Assembly: GCA_035281625.1 (NCBI GenBank)
Contig: DATEDO010000105.1
Coordinates: 102 to 64,101 of the forward strand
Direction: 5' to 3'
DNA: 64,000 nucleotides
Source of the DNA: Candidatus Methylomirabilota bacterium
GTDB taxonomy: Bacteria; Methylomirabilota; Methylomirabilia; Rokubacteriales; CSP1-6
Shown: in pieces, positions 25,202 through 33,667 of the stretch
Layout of the letters: each line of letters starts with the position of its first letter
How positions within the stretch are numbered: position 1 is the first letter of the stretch
Translations under genes and position numbers: made by a program
The notes under the pieces: model-generated
Told to the model about the DNA's origin: nothing
Seen by the model: only the letters and a program-made list of their open reading frames with translations
Database searches by the model: none

Positions 25202-25642
25202 ATGGCCGCCACCTACCGGCTGGGGCCGACCCGACGCCTGGTGAACGTGGTGATGACCGCCTTGCTGCGAGTGGGCCTCGGTCCGCCCCGCACCTATCTC
25301 CTCACCGTGCCGGGGCGAAGGACGGGCCGACCCCTCACCACGCCGGTCACGCTCGTCCAGAGCGGGAGCCGGCGGTGGCTGGTCGCCCCCTACGGCGAGG
25401 TCGCCTGGGTCCGGAACACGCGCGCGGCGGGGCGTGTCACGCTGACCCGCGGCCGGCGCCGCGAGACGCTCACCGTGAGGGAGCTCGCGCCCGTGGACAG
25501 CGCGCCGGTGCTGCGCCAGTACGTCAAGGAAGTGCCCATCACGCGCCCCTTCTTCGACGTGCGCCCCGACTCCCCCCTCCCCGCCTTCGTCGAGGAGGCC
25601 CCGCGCCACCCGGTCTTCCTCCTCCAGCCGGACACGCGTTGA
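25202..25642 (+). CDS. Deazaflavin (F420H2)-dependent nitroreductase family protein (DUF385/Ddn-like)
   Basis: LLTVPGRRTGRPLTTPV...WLVAPYGEVAWVRNTRAAGRVTL pattern. Confidence 0.85.
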   Translation: MAATYRLGPTRRLVNVVMTALLRVGLGPPRTYLLTVPGRRTGRPLTTPVTLVQSGSRRWLVAPYGEVAWVRNTRAAGRVTLTRGRRRETLTVRELAPVDSAPVLRQYVKEVPITRPFFDVRPDSPLPAFVEEAPRHPVFLLQPDTR

Positions 25643-25675
25643 CCACCACGACGAACTTGGTGTAGATTCCGCGCC

Positions 25676-25861
25676 ATGAAAAAGAAGAAGTCGGCCAAGA
25701 AGACCGTCGCGAAGAAGGCCAAGGCGAAGAAGCCGGCGGCGAAGAAGGCCCCGGCCCGCGCCAAGGCGTCGAAGCCGGCGAAGTCGGCCGGGGTCGGAGC
25801 CTACACGCCCCAGCCGGTCAGCGGAATCGGCTGGGCTCCCTTCCGCTACCCCGTGTCGTAA
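25676..25861 (+). CDS. Small lysine/alanine-rich (histone H1-like) protein with a distinct Trp/Pro C-terminal tail
   Basis: MKKKKSAKKTVAKKAKAKKPAAKKAPARAKASKPAKS then AGVGAYTPQPVSGIGWAPFRYPVS. It fills its own intergenic slot. Confidence 0.55.
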   Translation: MKKKKSAKKTVAKKAKAKKPAAKKAPARAKASKPAKSAGVGAYTPQPVSGIGWAPFRYPVS

Positions 25862-25878
25862 GTCGCCGCGCCGTCCCG

Positions 25879-26682
25879 GTGTCGAACCCGCTCGCGCTCC
25901 ATACCTGGACTCTGGACTCGACGCCGCTCGCCGACGCCCTCGCGATCGCGCGCCGGGTAGGCTGGGAGGCGGTGGAGCTGCGCCGCCTGGACTTTCTCCG
26001 CGCGCGCGAGGCGGGCCACACCGACGAGGACGTGCTCGGCTGGGTGCGGGCGTCGGGGCTGGCGGTGGCATGCGTGGGGGTCGAGATGGGCTGGCTCCAC
26101 GCGACCGGCGCGGAGCGGACACGGTTGCTCGGCGTCTTCGTGGAGTCCTGCCGCGCCGCCGGCGCGCTCGGCTGCCCGCGCGTCATGAGCGCGGTGGGGC
26201 CGGGAACCGGCGAGCTGGCTCCGTCCGCGGCCAGCGTGCGGGAAGTCGCCGCCATCGCCCAGGAGCACGGCGTGCGCCTGGCCTTCGAGTTCAGCTACGG
26301 AGCCGCCCAGCTCAACACCCTCGCGCGCATGCGGGAGCTGGTGGCGCGGGCGGGGCATCCCGGCTGCGGGCTGCTGCTGGACACGTACCACATCCACCGC
26401 AGCGGGGGCAGCGCCAAGGACGTCGAGGACGTGCGGCCGGACGAGATCGTGTACGTGCAGTTCAGCGACGTGCCCCGCGGCGCCCTCGATCCCAAGAACA
26501 TGCTGAACCGGCTGCCCGCCGGCCAGGGGGTGGCGCCCATCCGTGAGCTCTTCGCCGCGTTCGCGGCCAAGGGCTATCGCGGGCCGCTGTCGTACGAGGC
26601 GCCCAATCCCGCCGCCTGGGCGCGCCCCGCCGAGGAGGTCGCGCGCGAGGGCCTCGCCGCTGCGCGCGCCGTCCTCCCCTAG
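25879..26682 (+). CDS. Sugar phosphate isomerase/epimerase (xylose isomerase-like TIM barrel)
   Basis: WEAVELR...RLAFEF...LLLDTYH...VQFSDV pattern. GTG start. Confidence 0.85.
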   Translation: MSNPLALHTWTLDSTPLADALAIARRVGWEAVELRRLDFLRAREAGHTDEDVLGWVRASGLAVACVGVEMGWLHATGAERTRLLGVFVESCRAAGALGCPRVMSAVGPGTGELAPSAASVREVAAIAQEHGVRLAFEFSYGAAQLNTLARMRELVARAGHPGCGLLLDTYHIHRSGGSAKDVEDVRPDEIVYVQFSDVPRGALDPKNMLNRLPAGQGVAPIRELFAAFAAKGYRGPLSYEAPNPAAWARPAEEVAREGLAAARAVLP

Positions 26683-27032
26683 CGCACCCCGAGCAGCTCC
26701 ACCTCGAAGATCAGGGTGGCGCCGGGCGGGATCACCCCGCCCGCGCCGCGATCGCCGTATCCGAGCGCGGACGGGATGATGAGCTTGCGCTTGCCGCCCA
26801 CCTTCATCGAGCCCACGCCTTCGTCCCAGCCCCGGATCACGTGTCCGCGCCCGATGGGAAACTCGAGTGGCTGGCCCCGGTCGAGCGACGAGTCGAACTT
26901 CGTGCCGTTCTCCAGCCAACCCGTGTAGTGCACGCTCACCGTCTGGCCCGCGGTGGGCGCGGCGCCGGTGCCCTCGCGCAGCTCGACCCAGCCCAGTCCC
27001 GACGCGCTACGGACGATCTGTTCGTCGGCCAT
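26679..27032 (-). CDS. FKBP-type peptidyl-prolyl cis-trans isomerase
   Basis: VHYTGWLENGTKFDSS...FPIGRGHVIRGWDEG...LIFEVELL. Only the last 117 codons of track ORF 26679..27962 are used. Confidence 0.92.
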   Translation of the reverse strand: MADEQIVRSASGLGWVELREGTGAAPTAGQTVSVHYTGWLENGTKFDSSLDRGQPLEFPIGRGHVIRGWDEGVGSMKVGGKRKLIIPSALGYGDRGAGGVIPPGATLIFEVELLGVR

Positions 27033-27040
27033 GAGGGGAC

Positions 27041-27367
27041 CTACTGCATCGGCGAGTAGGCGGTGGGACGAAGGATGTGCGCGGTGAGCTTGCGCAGCAG
27101 GGGCCCGTTCTTTTCCGTCTCGGCGAACTTGGCGAGGCGCTCCTTGTCGCTGAAGAAGGCACCCCACTTCTTCTCGCGATCGGCGAGGCTCTCCCAGGCG
27201 AGGATGTAGAGGAGCTGATCGGACGGGCCGCCCAGCTCGTTGGTCCAGAAGCCCACCACCTGGATCCCGTGCTTCTTGAAGAAGTCCATGGTGATCTCGG
27301 CGAAGCGGCGGTTGAGATCGGGCAGGCGGCCCGGCATGGCGTGATAGGTGCGGAGCTCGTAGAGCAT
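27041..27367 (-). CDS. NIPSNAP family protein
   Basis: MLYELRTYHAMPG...GFWTNELGGPSDQLLYILAWESL. Confidence 0.88.
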   Translation of the reverse strand: MLYELRTYHAMPGRLPDLNRRFAEITMDFFKKHGIQVVGFWTNELGGPSDQLLYILAWESLADREKKWGAFFSDKERLAKFAETEKNGPLLRKLTAHILRPTAYSPMQ

Positions 27368-27560
27368 GAATGGACGCCCTCCTCGGTGCGCGGGGCGATG
27401 CTAGGCGCCGGGCCGCGCCCCTGTCAACTCTCTGGCGAGCCGCAGGCGGGAGCAAGAGGGCGAGCCGCAGCCGGAGGCGAGGCGAGCGGATACATAGTGG
27501 GGTCCCGAGCGGAGCGAGGGCAGTTGTCTCTCCCCGGCCGTTCGTCGTATCGTTGCCCCC

Positions 27561-28598
27561 ATGACGCCACCCAAGTACGTGACCCTTCCCGAGATTCGTG
27601 AAGCGGCCCACCAGAAGCTTCCGCGTGACGCGTGGAACTTCGGCGACGGCGGCGCCGAGACCGAGACCACGCTGCGACGCAACCGCGCGCATCTGGACCG
27701 CCTGGCCATTCGCCAGAACGTGCTCGTGGACGTGCGCACAGTGGATCTGTCCACCACCTTCCTCGGCCAGCCGCTGGCCGCGCCGGTGGCGGTGGCGCCC
27801 ATGGGGGGCCTCATCCTCTTCCATCCCGAGGGCGATTGCGAGATGGCGCGTGGCGCCGCCCAGGGCGATACGCTGCAGTTCCTCTCCGGGGCCACCGGCT
27901 GGTCGGTGGAGGACGTGGCCAAGGCGGCCACCGGGCCGAAGATGTTCCAGCTCTATCACCACGGCGATCGCGGCTGGGTGGGCGAGCTGATGCAGCGCGT
28001 GGAGAAGTCAGGGTATCTGTCGGTGTGCCTCACCGTGGACGTGCAGTGGTACGGCCGCCGCGAGCGCGACATCATCAATCGTTACGTGCCGCGCGAGGCC
28101 ATGTCCAAGGCGCCGAACCCGCGCGGGCCCGACCAGACGTATCAGGCGCGGCTCACCTGGGACGACGTGGACTGGCTGCGGAAGACGGTGCGCGTGCCCA
28201 TCGGGGTGAAGGGCATCATGACGCCGGAGGACGCCCGGCGCGCGGTGGAGCACGGGGTGGACATCGTCTGGGTGTCGAATCACGGCGGGCGACAGCTCGA
28301 CCAGACCCAGTCCACCATCGACGCGCTCCCCGCCATCGTGGATGCCGTCGGGGGCGCCGCCAGCATCATCATCGACGGCGGCTTCAACCGCGGCACCGAC
28401 GTGCTGAAGGCGCTGGCCCGCGGCGCCGACCTGGTCGCCATCGGCCGCACCGCCCTCTGGGGTCTCGCCGCCGACGGCGCGGACGGCGTCGCGCGGACGT
28501 TCCAGATCCTGCGTGAGGAGATGTCCACCGCGCTGGCCCTCTCGGGCCAGACCACGATCAAGGGGCTGAAGCCCGACTACGTGTTCCGCGTCGACTGA
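27561..28598 (+). CDS. FMN-dependent alpha-hydroxy acid oxidase/dehydrogenase family protein
   Basis: MFQLY...TVD...VKGI...VSNHGGRQLD...IIIDGGFNRGTDVLKALA. Confidence 0.9.
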   Translation: MTPPKYVTLPEIREAAHQKLPRDAWNFGDGGAETETTLRRNRAHLDRLAIRQNVLVDVRTVDLSTTFLGQPLAAPVAVAPMGGLILFHPEGDCEMARGAAQGDTLQFLSGATGWSVEDVAKAATGPKMFQLYHHGDRGWVGELMQRVEKSGYLSVCLTVDVQWYGRRERDIINRYVPREAMSKAPNPRGPDQTYQARLTWDDVDWLRKTVRVPIGVKGIMTPEDARRAVEHGVDIVWVSNHGGRQLDQTQSTIDALPAIVDAVGGAASIIIDGGFNRGTDVLKALARGADLVAIGRTALWGLAADGADGVARTFQILREEMSTALALSGQTTIKGLKPDYVFRVD

Positions 28599-28603
28599 GC
28601 GGC

Positions 28604-28635
28604 GCGCGCGAGCGGAGACCGCGCCGCTCGCGCGC
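28604..28635. terminator. 12-bp perfect GC-rich hairpin between convergent genes (bidirectional terminator candidate)
   Basis: GCGCGCGAGCGG-agaccgcg-CCGCTCGCGCGC. It starts 6 nt after the plus-strand stop and abuts the minus-strand stop. There is no clear U-tract. Confidence 0.5.
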
Positions 28636-28835
28636 TACTTCTTGACGTCCTCGGCGGCCTTGTCGATCTCCTTGCCCGCCTTCTCGACCGGCCCTTTCCC
28701 GATGGCCTTGTCGGTATCGATGGCGCGGTCCACCTTCTCGCCCGCCTTCTGGGCCGGGCCCTTGTCACACGCCACCTCGACGGCGCCGAGCGCCAGGAGC
28801 CCGGCCAGCGCGGCCAGGATGCGCGAGCGCGGCAT
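28635..28835 (-). CDS. Small secreted lipoprotein with KGPxxKAG repeats
   Basis: Signal peptide ending in a Cys (LALGAVEVAC). Repeats: KGPAQKAGEKVDRAID / KGPVEKAGKEIDKAAE. Confidence 0.6.
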   Translation of the reverse strand: MPRSRILAALAGLLALGAVEVACDKGPAQKAGEKVDRAIDTDKAIGKGPVEKAGKEIDKAAEDVKK

Positions 28836-28909
28836 CACCGGAAGCCCAGGTAGCCCAGGATGAACAGGATCACCACCACCACACCGATGATGTAGAAGAT
28901 GTTGTTCAT
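28835..28909 (-). CDS. 24-aa single-TM micro-protein (lmo0937-like)
   Basis: MNNIFYIIGVVVVILFILGYLGFR. It forms the tail of track ORF 28835..29710, and its TGA overlaps the ATG of the next gene (TGATG). Confidence 0.5.
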   Translation of the reverse strand: MNNIFYIIGVVVVILFILGYLGFR

Positions 28910-29019
28910 GTCGGTCACCCCCGTCCCGTCGTCCTGCAACTGCCGTACCCTCGCCCGGGGGTGCCGAATTTCGCGAGGTTGGAGCACGACCGCGGCGGCG
29001 AGGTCGAGGAGGCCGGGTA

Positions 29020-29946
29020 CTAACTTCCCGGTCGTCGCGTGTCCCGAAGATCGAGCGCGGTGTGGACGACGAGCGCGGCCAGAACGATCGCGCCGCCCAT
29101 CAGCGCCGCCGCCGCGGGCATCTCTCCGACGAAGAGCCACACCCACACCGGCCCCAGCACACTCTCGAGCACCGCGATGAGCGAGGCCTCCGCGACCGGA
29201 ATGAGGCGCGCCCCCGCCGTGAAGAGCACGAGCCCGAAGCCCAGCTGCGCGGCGCCGAAGAAGGCGAGGAGCCCGAGGTCCGCCGCGCCCGCCTGATGCG
29301 GCTGGGCCGCCGGCCACGCGAAGAGCGCGGAGAAGACGTTCGCGAGGGCGGCCGCCGCGGTCATGCGCGCCTCGCGGTGCCGCCGCACGATCACGGTGGC
29401 GGTGGCGAAGGCGATCGCGGTCACGAGGGCGAGGGCGTCGCCGCCGATGGAGCCCGCGCCCCATGAATGCGAGGCCATGACGGCGGCGCCGGCCAGCGCG
29501 GCCGCCATCGCCAGCCAGCTGCGCCGCCGCACGCGCTCGCCCATCCAGGCCCACCCGAGCAGCGCCGCGATGAACGGTGAGGTGCTCTGGATCACCAGGG
29601 CATTGGCCACCGTGGTGAGCGACAGCGCGTTGATGAAGCACGTGGAGGCGACGGCGAAGCAGAGCGCCATGCCCACCCCCGGCCCGCCGAGCGCCCGGAT
29701 CCGCCGCCACGCGGCGCCGCGCTCCTGCAGGACGGTGACGCCGAGCAGGAACAGAGCGGCGAACACCGACCGCCAGAAGACGGTCGTCCAGGGATCGGTG
29801 GCGACCAGACGCGCGAGCAGTCCGCCGAGGCTCCAGAAGAGGGCGGCCGCCGCGACGAGCGCGATGCCCCGTGCCCTCCCCTCGCCGCCGGGAGGAGAGG
29901 GCAACGACGACGGTCGATCAGCCCCCGAGGCGGCCGTAGAGGACAT
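29020..29946 (-). CDS. DMT superfamily (EamA-type) transporter
   Basis: About 10 TM helices with a two-EamA-repeat organisation. Confidence 0.85.
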   Translation of the reverse strand: MSSTAASGADRPSSLPSPPGGEGRARGIALVAAAALFWSLGGLLARLVATDPWTTVFWRSVFAALFLLGVTVLQERGAAWRRIRALGGPGVGMALCFAVASTCFINALSLTTVANALVIQSTSPFIAALLGWAWMGERVRRRSWLAMAAALAGAAVMASHSWGAGSIGGDALALVTAIAFATATVIVRRHREARMTAAAALANVFSALFAWPAAQPHQAGAADLGLLAFFGAAQLGFGLVLFTAGARLIPVAEASLIAVLESVLGPVWVWLFVGEMPAAAALMGGAIVLAALVVHTALDLRDTRRPGS

Positions 29947-30274
29947 GCCGCCGGTTCTTGGTGTACTGGCGCACCTGGCCCGGCCAGCGCCCCTCCTCGA
30001 CGGCGCGCGCCCACGCGTCCGAGACCAGCACCTCGGGGCTCTCGATCTCGTAGAGCGCCTGGTAGCGGGGCTCGTTCTCGATCACGATCCGCTTCTTCTC
30101 GCCCCCGATGGACAGGGTGAGCTCCTGGGTCTTGAAGCGCGCCACCGCGATCACGCCCGGCACCTTGAGGAGATTGGGCACGTGCTCCCGGTCGTAGACC
30201 TCGTTGAAGAGCGCTTCCTTGGCGGGCTCGACGTCCATGGCGGCGCTGAAGAGGTAGCGGGTATCGATGGGCAT
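29918..30274 (-). CDS. Small alpha/beta-barrel protein (DUF4286/EthD-like; naming tentative)
   Basis: The last 118 codons of track ORF 29918..30643. Start ATG 30274 overlaps the cupin stop. Confidence 0.6.
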   Translation of the reverse strand: MPIDTRYLFSAAMDVEPAKEALFNEVYDREHVPNLLKVPGVIAVARFKTQELTLSIGGEKKRIVIENEPRYQALYEIESPEVLVSDAWARAVEEGRWPGQVRQYTKNRRHVLYGRLGG

Positions 30275-30600
30275 CAGCGGAGTCCTCCGGCTGGGGTGAG
30301 GGGATGGTCCTTGAGCTCGATCTCCACGAAGACGAACTCGTGAGGATTCGCGTTCACCACGTCGTGCTCGGCGCCGGGCGGGCGAAAGTACGCCTGGCCG
30401 GTGACGAGCTCGCCGGCGTTGACGCCGTCGGCGGTGAGGAGGGAGAGACGGCCCGTCGTCATCGGCACCACCACGTAGGCGAACTCGTGCCGGTGATGGC
30501 CGGTGGCGGCGCCGGGCGCGAAGCGCCATTCGGTGACCCGGACCGCGTGATTGTCGACCTGCGTGGTGGCCACGGCGCGCGGCGCGCTCGGCTGGGACAT
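30274..30600 (-). CDS. Cupin domain protein
   Basis: GHHRHEF...PPGAEHDVVN: a two-His-motif cupin. Confidence 0.85.
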   Translation of the reverse strand: MSQPSAPRAVATTQVDNHAVRVTEWRFAPGAATGHHRHEFAYVVVPMTTGRLSLLTADGVNAGELVTGQAYFRPPGAEHDVVNANPHEFVFVEIELKDHPLTPAGGLR

Positions 30601-30678
30601 GGAAGCCTCCTCGGGGGTTTGCGTGTCGCGGGAAGACTAGCACACGCGCGGACGCGCGCTCCGCGGTATCCTCACCGC

Positions 30679-31413
30679 ATGGCTCGGATGCTCGTCCCGC
30701 GCGCCGCCCTCGTGCTCGCCCTCGCCAGCGCGCTGGCGCTGGCCCTCGCCGGTCTCGGCTATCGCTGGGGCTGGTGGGGCCTCGCCACGTCCTTCAGCGT
30801 GCTCCGCGCGGCGGGCTTCGCGGCGGCGGGCGTGGCGCTGCTGGCGCTGGTCGGCGTGGCCCTGACCGCGCTGGCGCGCGCCTGGCCCGGCCTGACGCTG
30901 GCCGTCGTCGCCCTCGCCATCGCCGGGGTGGTCGTCTGGGTGCCGCTGAGCCTCCAGAAGCTCGCGCGCGCCGTGCCGTCCATCCACGACATCACCACCG
31001 ACACCGAGAACCCGCCCGCCTTCGTGGCCGTGGCCGAGCGGCGGCGCGACGCGCCCAATCCCGCCGCCTACGACGGCCCCGAGGTCGCGGCACAGCAGAA
31101 GCGCGGCTACCCGGACCTCGGTCCCCTCATGCTCGCCGCGCCCCCCGATCGCGTGCTCGCCGCCGCCGAGGCCACCGCGCGCGCCATGGGCTGGGAGACC
31201 GTGGCGGTCGCGCCCGGCGAAGGCCGGCTCGAAGCCACCGCCACCACGTCGTGGTTCGCCTTCAAGGACGACGTGGTCGTGCGCGTCTCGCCCGCGGGCG
31301 CGGGCAGCCGGGTGGACGTCCGCTCGAAGTCGCGCGTGGGCCGGAGCGATCTCGGGACCAACGCCAAGCGGATCCGGGCCTTCCTCGCCGGGCTTGCTAC
31401 CCGCGCGGGGTGA
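30679..31413 (+). CDS. DUF1499 domain membrane protein
   Basis: N-terminal TM helices, then IHDITTDTENPP...YPDL...FKDDVVVRV...SKSRVGRSDLGTNAKRI. Start ATG 30679 lies within track ORF 30304..31413. Confidence 0.8.
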   Translation: MARMLVPRAALVLALASALALALAGLGYRWGWWGLATSFSVLRAAGFAAAGVALLALVGVALTALARAWPGLTLAVVALAIAGVVVWVPLSLQKLARAVPSIHDITTDTENPPAFVAVAERRRDAPNPAAYDGPEVAAQQKRGYPDLGPLMLAAPPDRVLAAAEATARAMGWETVAVAPGEGRLEATATTSWFAFKDDVVVRVSPAGAGSRVDVRSKSRVGRSDLGTNAKRIRAFLAGLATRAG

Positions 31414-31443
31414 CGGCCGCTCGCGCGGCGAGCCCGGCCGGCC

Positions 31444-31959
31444 TCACCCCAGCACCCAGCCCGCCAGGCCGGCGGCCAGCACCACCACCACCGGCGGCAC
31501 GCGGAGGGTCGCCAGCACGACGGCGGCGACGACGGCGATGGCGGCGGTGCGCACGTCGTGGATGGCGGAGCGGGCCAGGGTGTAGACGCCGCCCGCCATC
31601 AAGCCCATCCCGATGGCCGACAGGGTGCGCTCGGCGGTGATGGCCCAGGGCCGCCCGCGCAGCCCGGCCCAGTGCTGGGAGACGAGCGCGGTGAGCGCGG
31701 CCGCCGGCACGAACATGACGAGGGTGGCCGCGAACGCGCCCATCGGGCCCTGGGCAACGTAGCCGATGAACGCCGCGATCTTCATGTTGGGTCCGGGCGT
31801 GAGCTGCGCGACGGTGTAGGCGTCGACGAACTCGCGCGAGGTCACCCACTGATGCGCGCTCACCGCCTGGCGCTCGATCTCGGGGACGATGCCGAGCCCT
31901 CCGCCGATGCAGAGGAAGGAGAGCCAGAGAAAGGTCCAGGCGAGCCGGAGCAGATCCAT
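31444..31959 (-). CDS. chrA: Chromate transporter family protein (half-size, C-terminal partner)
   Basis: FLCIGGGLGIVPEI...AQLTPGPN motifs. Confidence 0.88.
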   Translation of the reverse strand: MDLLRLAWTFLWLSFLCIGGGLGIVPEIERQAVSAHQWVTSREFVDAYTVAQLTPGPNMKIAAFIGYVAQGPMGAFAATLVMFVPAAALTALVSQHWAGLRGRPWAITAERTLSAIGMGLMAGGVYTLARSAIHDVRTAAIAVVAAVVLATLRVPPVVVVLAAGLAGWVLG

Positions 31960-32519
31960 CAGGGGGCGTCACGCGGGGTCAGCGCCTCGGAGGCGCGCGG
32001 CCGGTTCAGCCAGAAGCCGAGCGCGGCCATGGTCGCGATCGCGGCGTACGTCGGGAGCCGGAGCGGGCCCACCGCGAGGAAGGTGCCGGCCGCGAGCACG
32101 AGGGCGGTGCGGCCGCGCAGCCCCACTCGCAAGATACGGCCCGTCATCACGAAGACGAGCCCGACCACCGCCGCGCCCATCCCGAGCAGCGCACGGCCGG
32201 CGTCGGCGGTGACGCCGTGGCGCAGGAACAGCGCGAGCGCGAGAAAGATGACGGTGCCCGGGAGGACGAGGGCCACCAGGGCGCACGCGGCGCCGGGATA
32301 GCCACGCAGCCGATACCCCAGGCTCACCGCCAGGTTGGAGAAGTTGGGCCCGGGCATGACCTGGCTGAGGGCCAGATCCTGCAGGAACTCCTCGTCGCGC
32401 AGCCAGCGGCGGCGCGCCACCAGGGCGTCGTGGAAATAGGCGCTGCGGCCGCCGCCGAGGCTCGCGAGCCCGATCCAGGTGAACACCGCGGTCAGCCGCC
32501 AGAGGCCGGGGCGGGTCAC
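31959..32519 (-). CDS. chrA: Chromate transporter family protein (half-size, N-terminal partner)
   Basis: GLASLGGGRSAYFHD...SQVMPGPNFSNL. GTG 32519 overlaps the murB stop (GTGA). Confidence 0.85.
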   Translation of the reverse strand: MTRPGLWRLTAVFTWIGLASLGGGRSAYFHDALVARRRWLRDEEFLQDLALSQVMPGPNFSNLAVSLGYRLRGYPGAACALVALVLPGTVIFLALALFLRHGVTADAGRALLGMGAAVVGLVFVMTGRILRVGLRGRTALVLAAGTFLAVGPLRLPTYAAIATMAALGFWLNRPRASEALTPRDAP

Positions 32520-33586
32520 GCCGCCCCTTCGAGCCCGATCGGTCCCCAGAAAACGGGCTCCGGCGCCAGCCGCACGCCGAAGCGCTCGACCACCCGCTCG
32601 CGCACCCGCCGGGCGAACGCGGCGACATCGGCGGCGCGGGCGCCGTCGTGGCACACGATGGCGAGGGTGTGACGGGTGGACAGGCCCACCGGGCCCGCCC
32701 GCTCACCGCGCGTGAACCCCGCGCGCTCGATGAGCCAGGCCGCGGAGAGCTTCACGCGGCCGTCGGGCTCCGGCCATTGCGGCATGCCGCCGCCCGGGGC
32801 GGCCAGCGTGGCGACCCGCGCGGCGTCCGCGGCCGGCACCACGGGGTTCACGAAGAAGGAGCCGCAGGAGCGGCGGTTCTCGTCGCCGGGGTCGAGCACC
32901 ATGGACTTCGCGCGGCGAATGGCGAGCACGCTGTCCCGCGTCTCGGCCAGCGTGGGCGCGGCGAGGCCGCGGCCCTCGAGGTGGCGCTGTAGCTCCGCGT
33001 AGCGCACGGCGGGCGCGCCGCCGGGCGCCAGCCGGTACGTCACCGCGAGCACCACGTAGCGGTCCGGCTCGCCGCTGCGGAACAGGCTGTCGCGATAGCC
33101 GAAGCGGCATGCGGCGGCGATGAGCGTCCGCGGGCGGCGGTCACGCCGGTCCACCACGCGCAGCTCGGTGATGGTCTGGCTGACGTCCTGGCCGTACGCG
33201 CCCACGTTCTGTATGGGCGTGGCGCCCACGAGCCCCGGGATGCCGGACAGGCACTCGAGGCCGGCCCACTCGCGCTCCACGGCATGGCGCACGAGATCGT
33301 CCCACGGCTCCCCCGCCGCCGCGGTGACGTCCATCCCCGCGCCGGCCGCGCGCGCCTCGACCCCGCGCAGCGACACCTGGATGACCAGGGCGTCCACACC
33401 GGCGTCCGCCACGACCACGTTGGAGCCGCCGCCCAGCACGCGCACCGCCACGCCGCGCGCCGCCGCCCAGTCGAGCGCGGCGATGAGGGTCGCCTCGTCG
33501 CGCGCCTTGACGAACCAGCGCGCGGGCCCGCCCACGCCCAGCGTGGTGCGCGGCGCGAGCGAGGCATTCTCGACCATCGGCAGCAC
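32516..33586 (-). CDS. murB: UDP-N-acetylenolpyruvoylglucosamine reductase
   Basis: TTLGVGGPARW...GGGSNVVV...SGIPGLVGATPIQNVGAYG...SCGSFFVNP. Confidence 0.93.
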   Translation of the reverse strand: MLPMVENASLAPRTTLGVGGPARWFVKARDEATLIAALDWAAARGVAVRVLGGGSNVVVADAGVDALVIQVSLRGVEARAAGAGMDVTAAAGEPWDDLVRHAVEREWAGLECLSGIPGLVGATPIQNVGAYGQDVSQTITELRVVDRRDRRPRTLIAAACRFGYRDSLFRSGEPDRYVVLAVTYRLAPGGAPAVRYAELQRHLEGRGLAAPTLAETRDSVLAIRRAKSMVLDPGDENRRSCGSFFVNPVVPAADAARVATLAAPGGGMPQWPEPDGRVKLSAAWLIERAGFTRGERAGPVGLSTRHTLAIVCHDGARAADVAAFARRVRERVVERFGVRLAPEPVFWGPIGLEGAA

Positions 33587-33667
33587 GCGCCCATTCTAGC
33601 GTGTCCCCCGCCCTTGACAGCGCGGGCCGCGGCGTGGCTGGCTAGGGGCCCGAGGAGGCGCCCGTCC

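Noticed and set aside
23717-26122. 801-aa minus-strand ORF
   Set aside because: It overlaps the NUDIX gene out of frame and is antisense to the LLM, Ddn and Lys-rich genes. Its composition is extremely Arg/Pro/Gly-rich. Shadow ORF.
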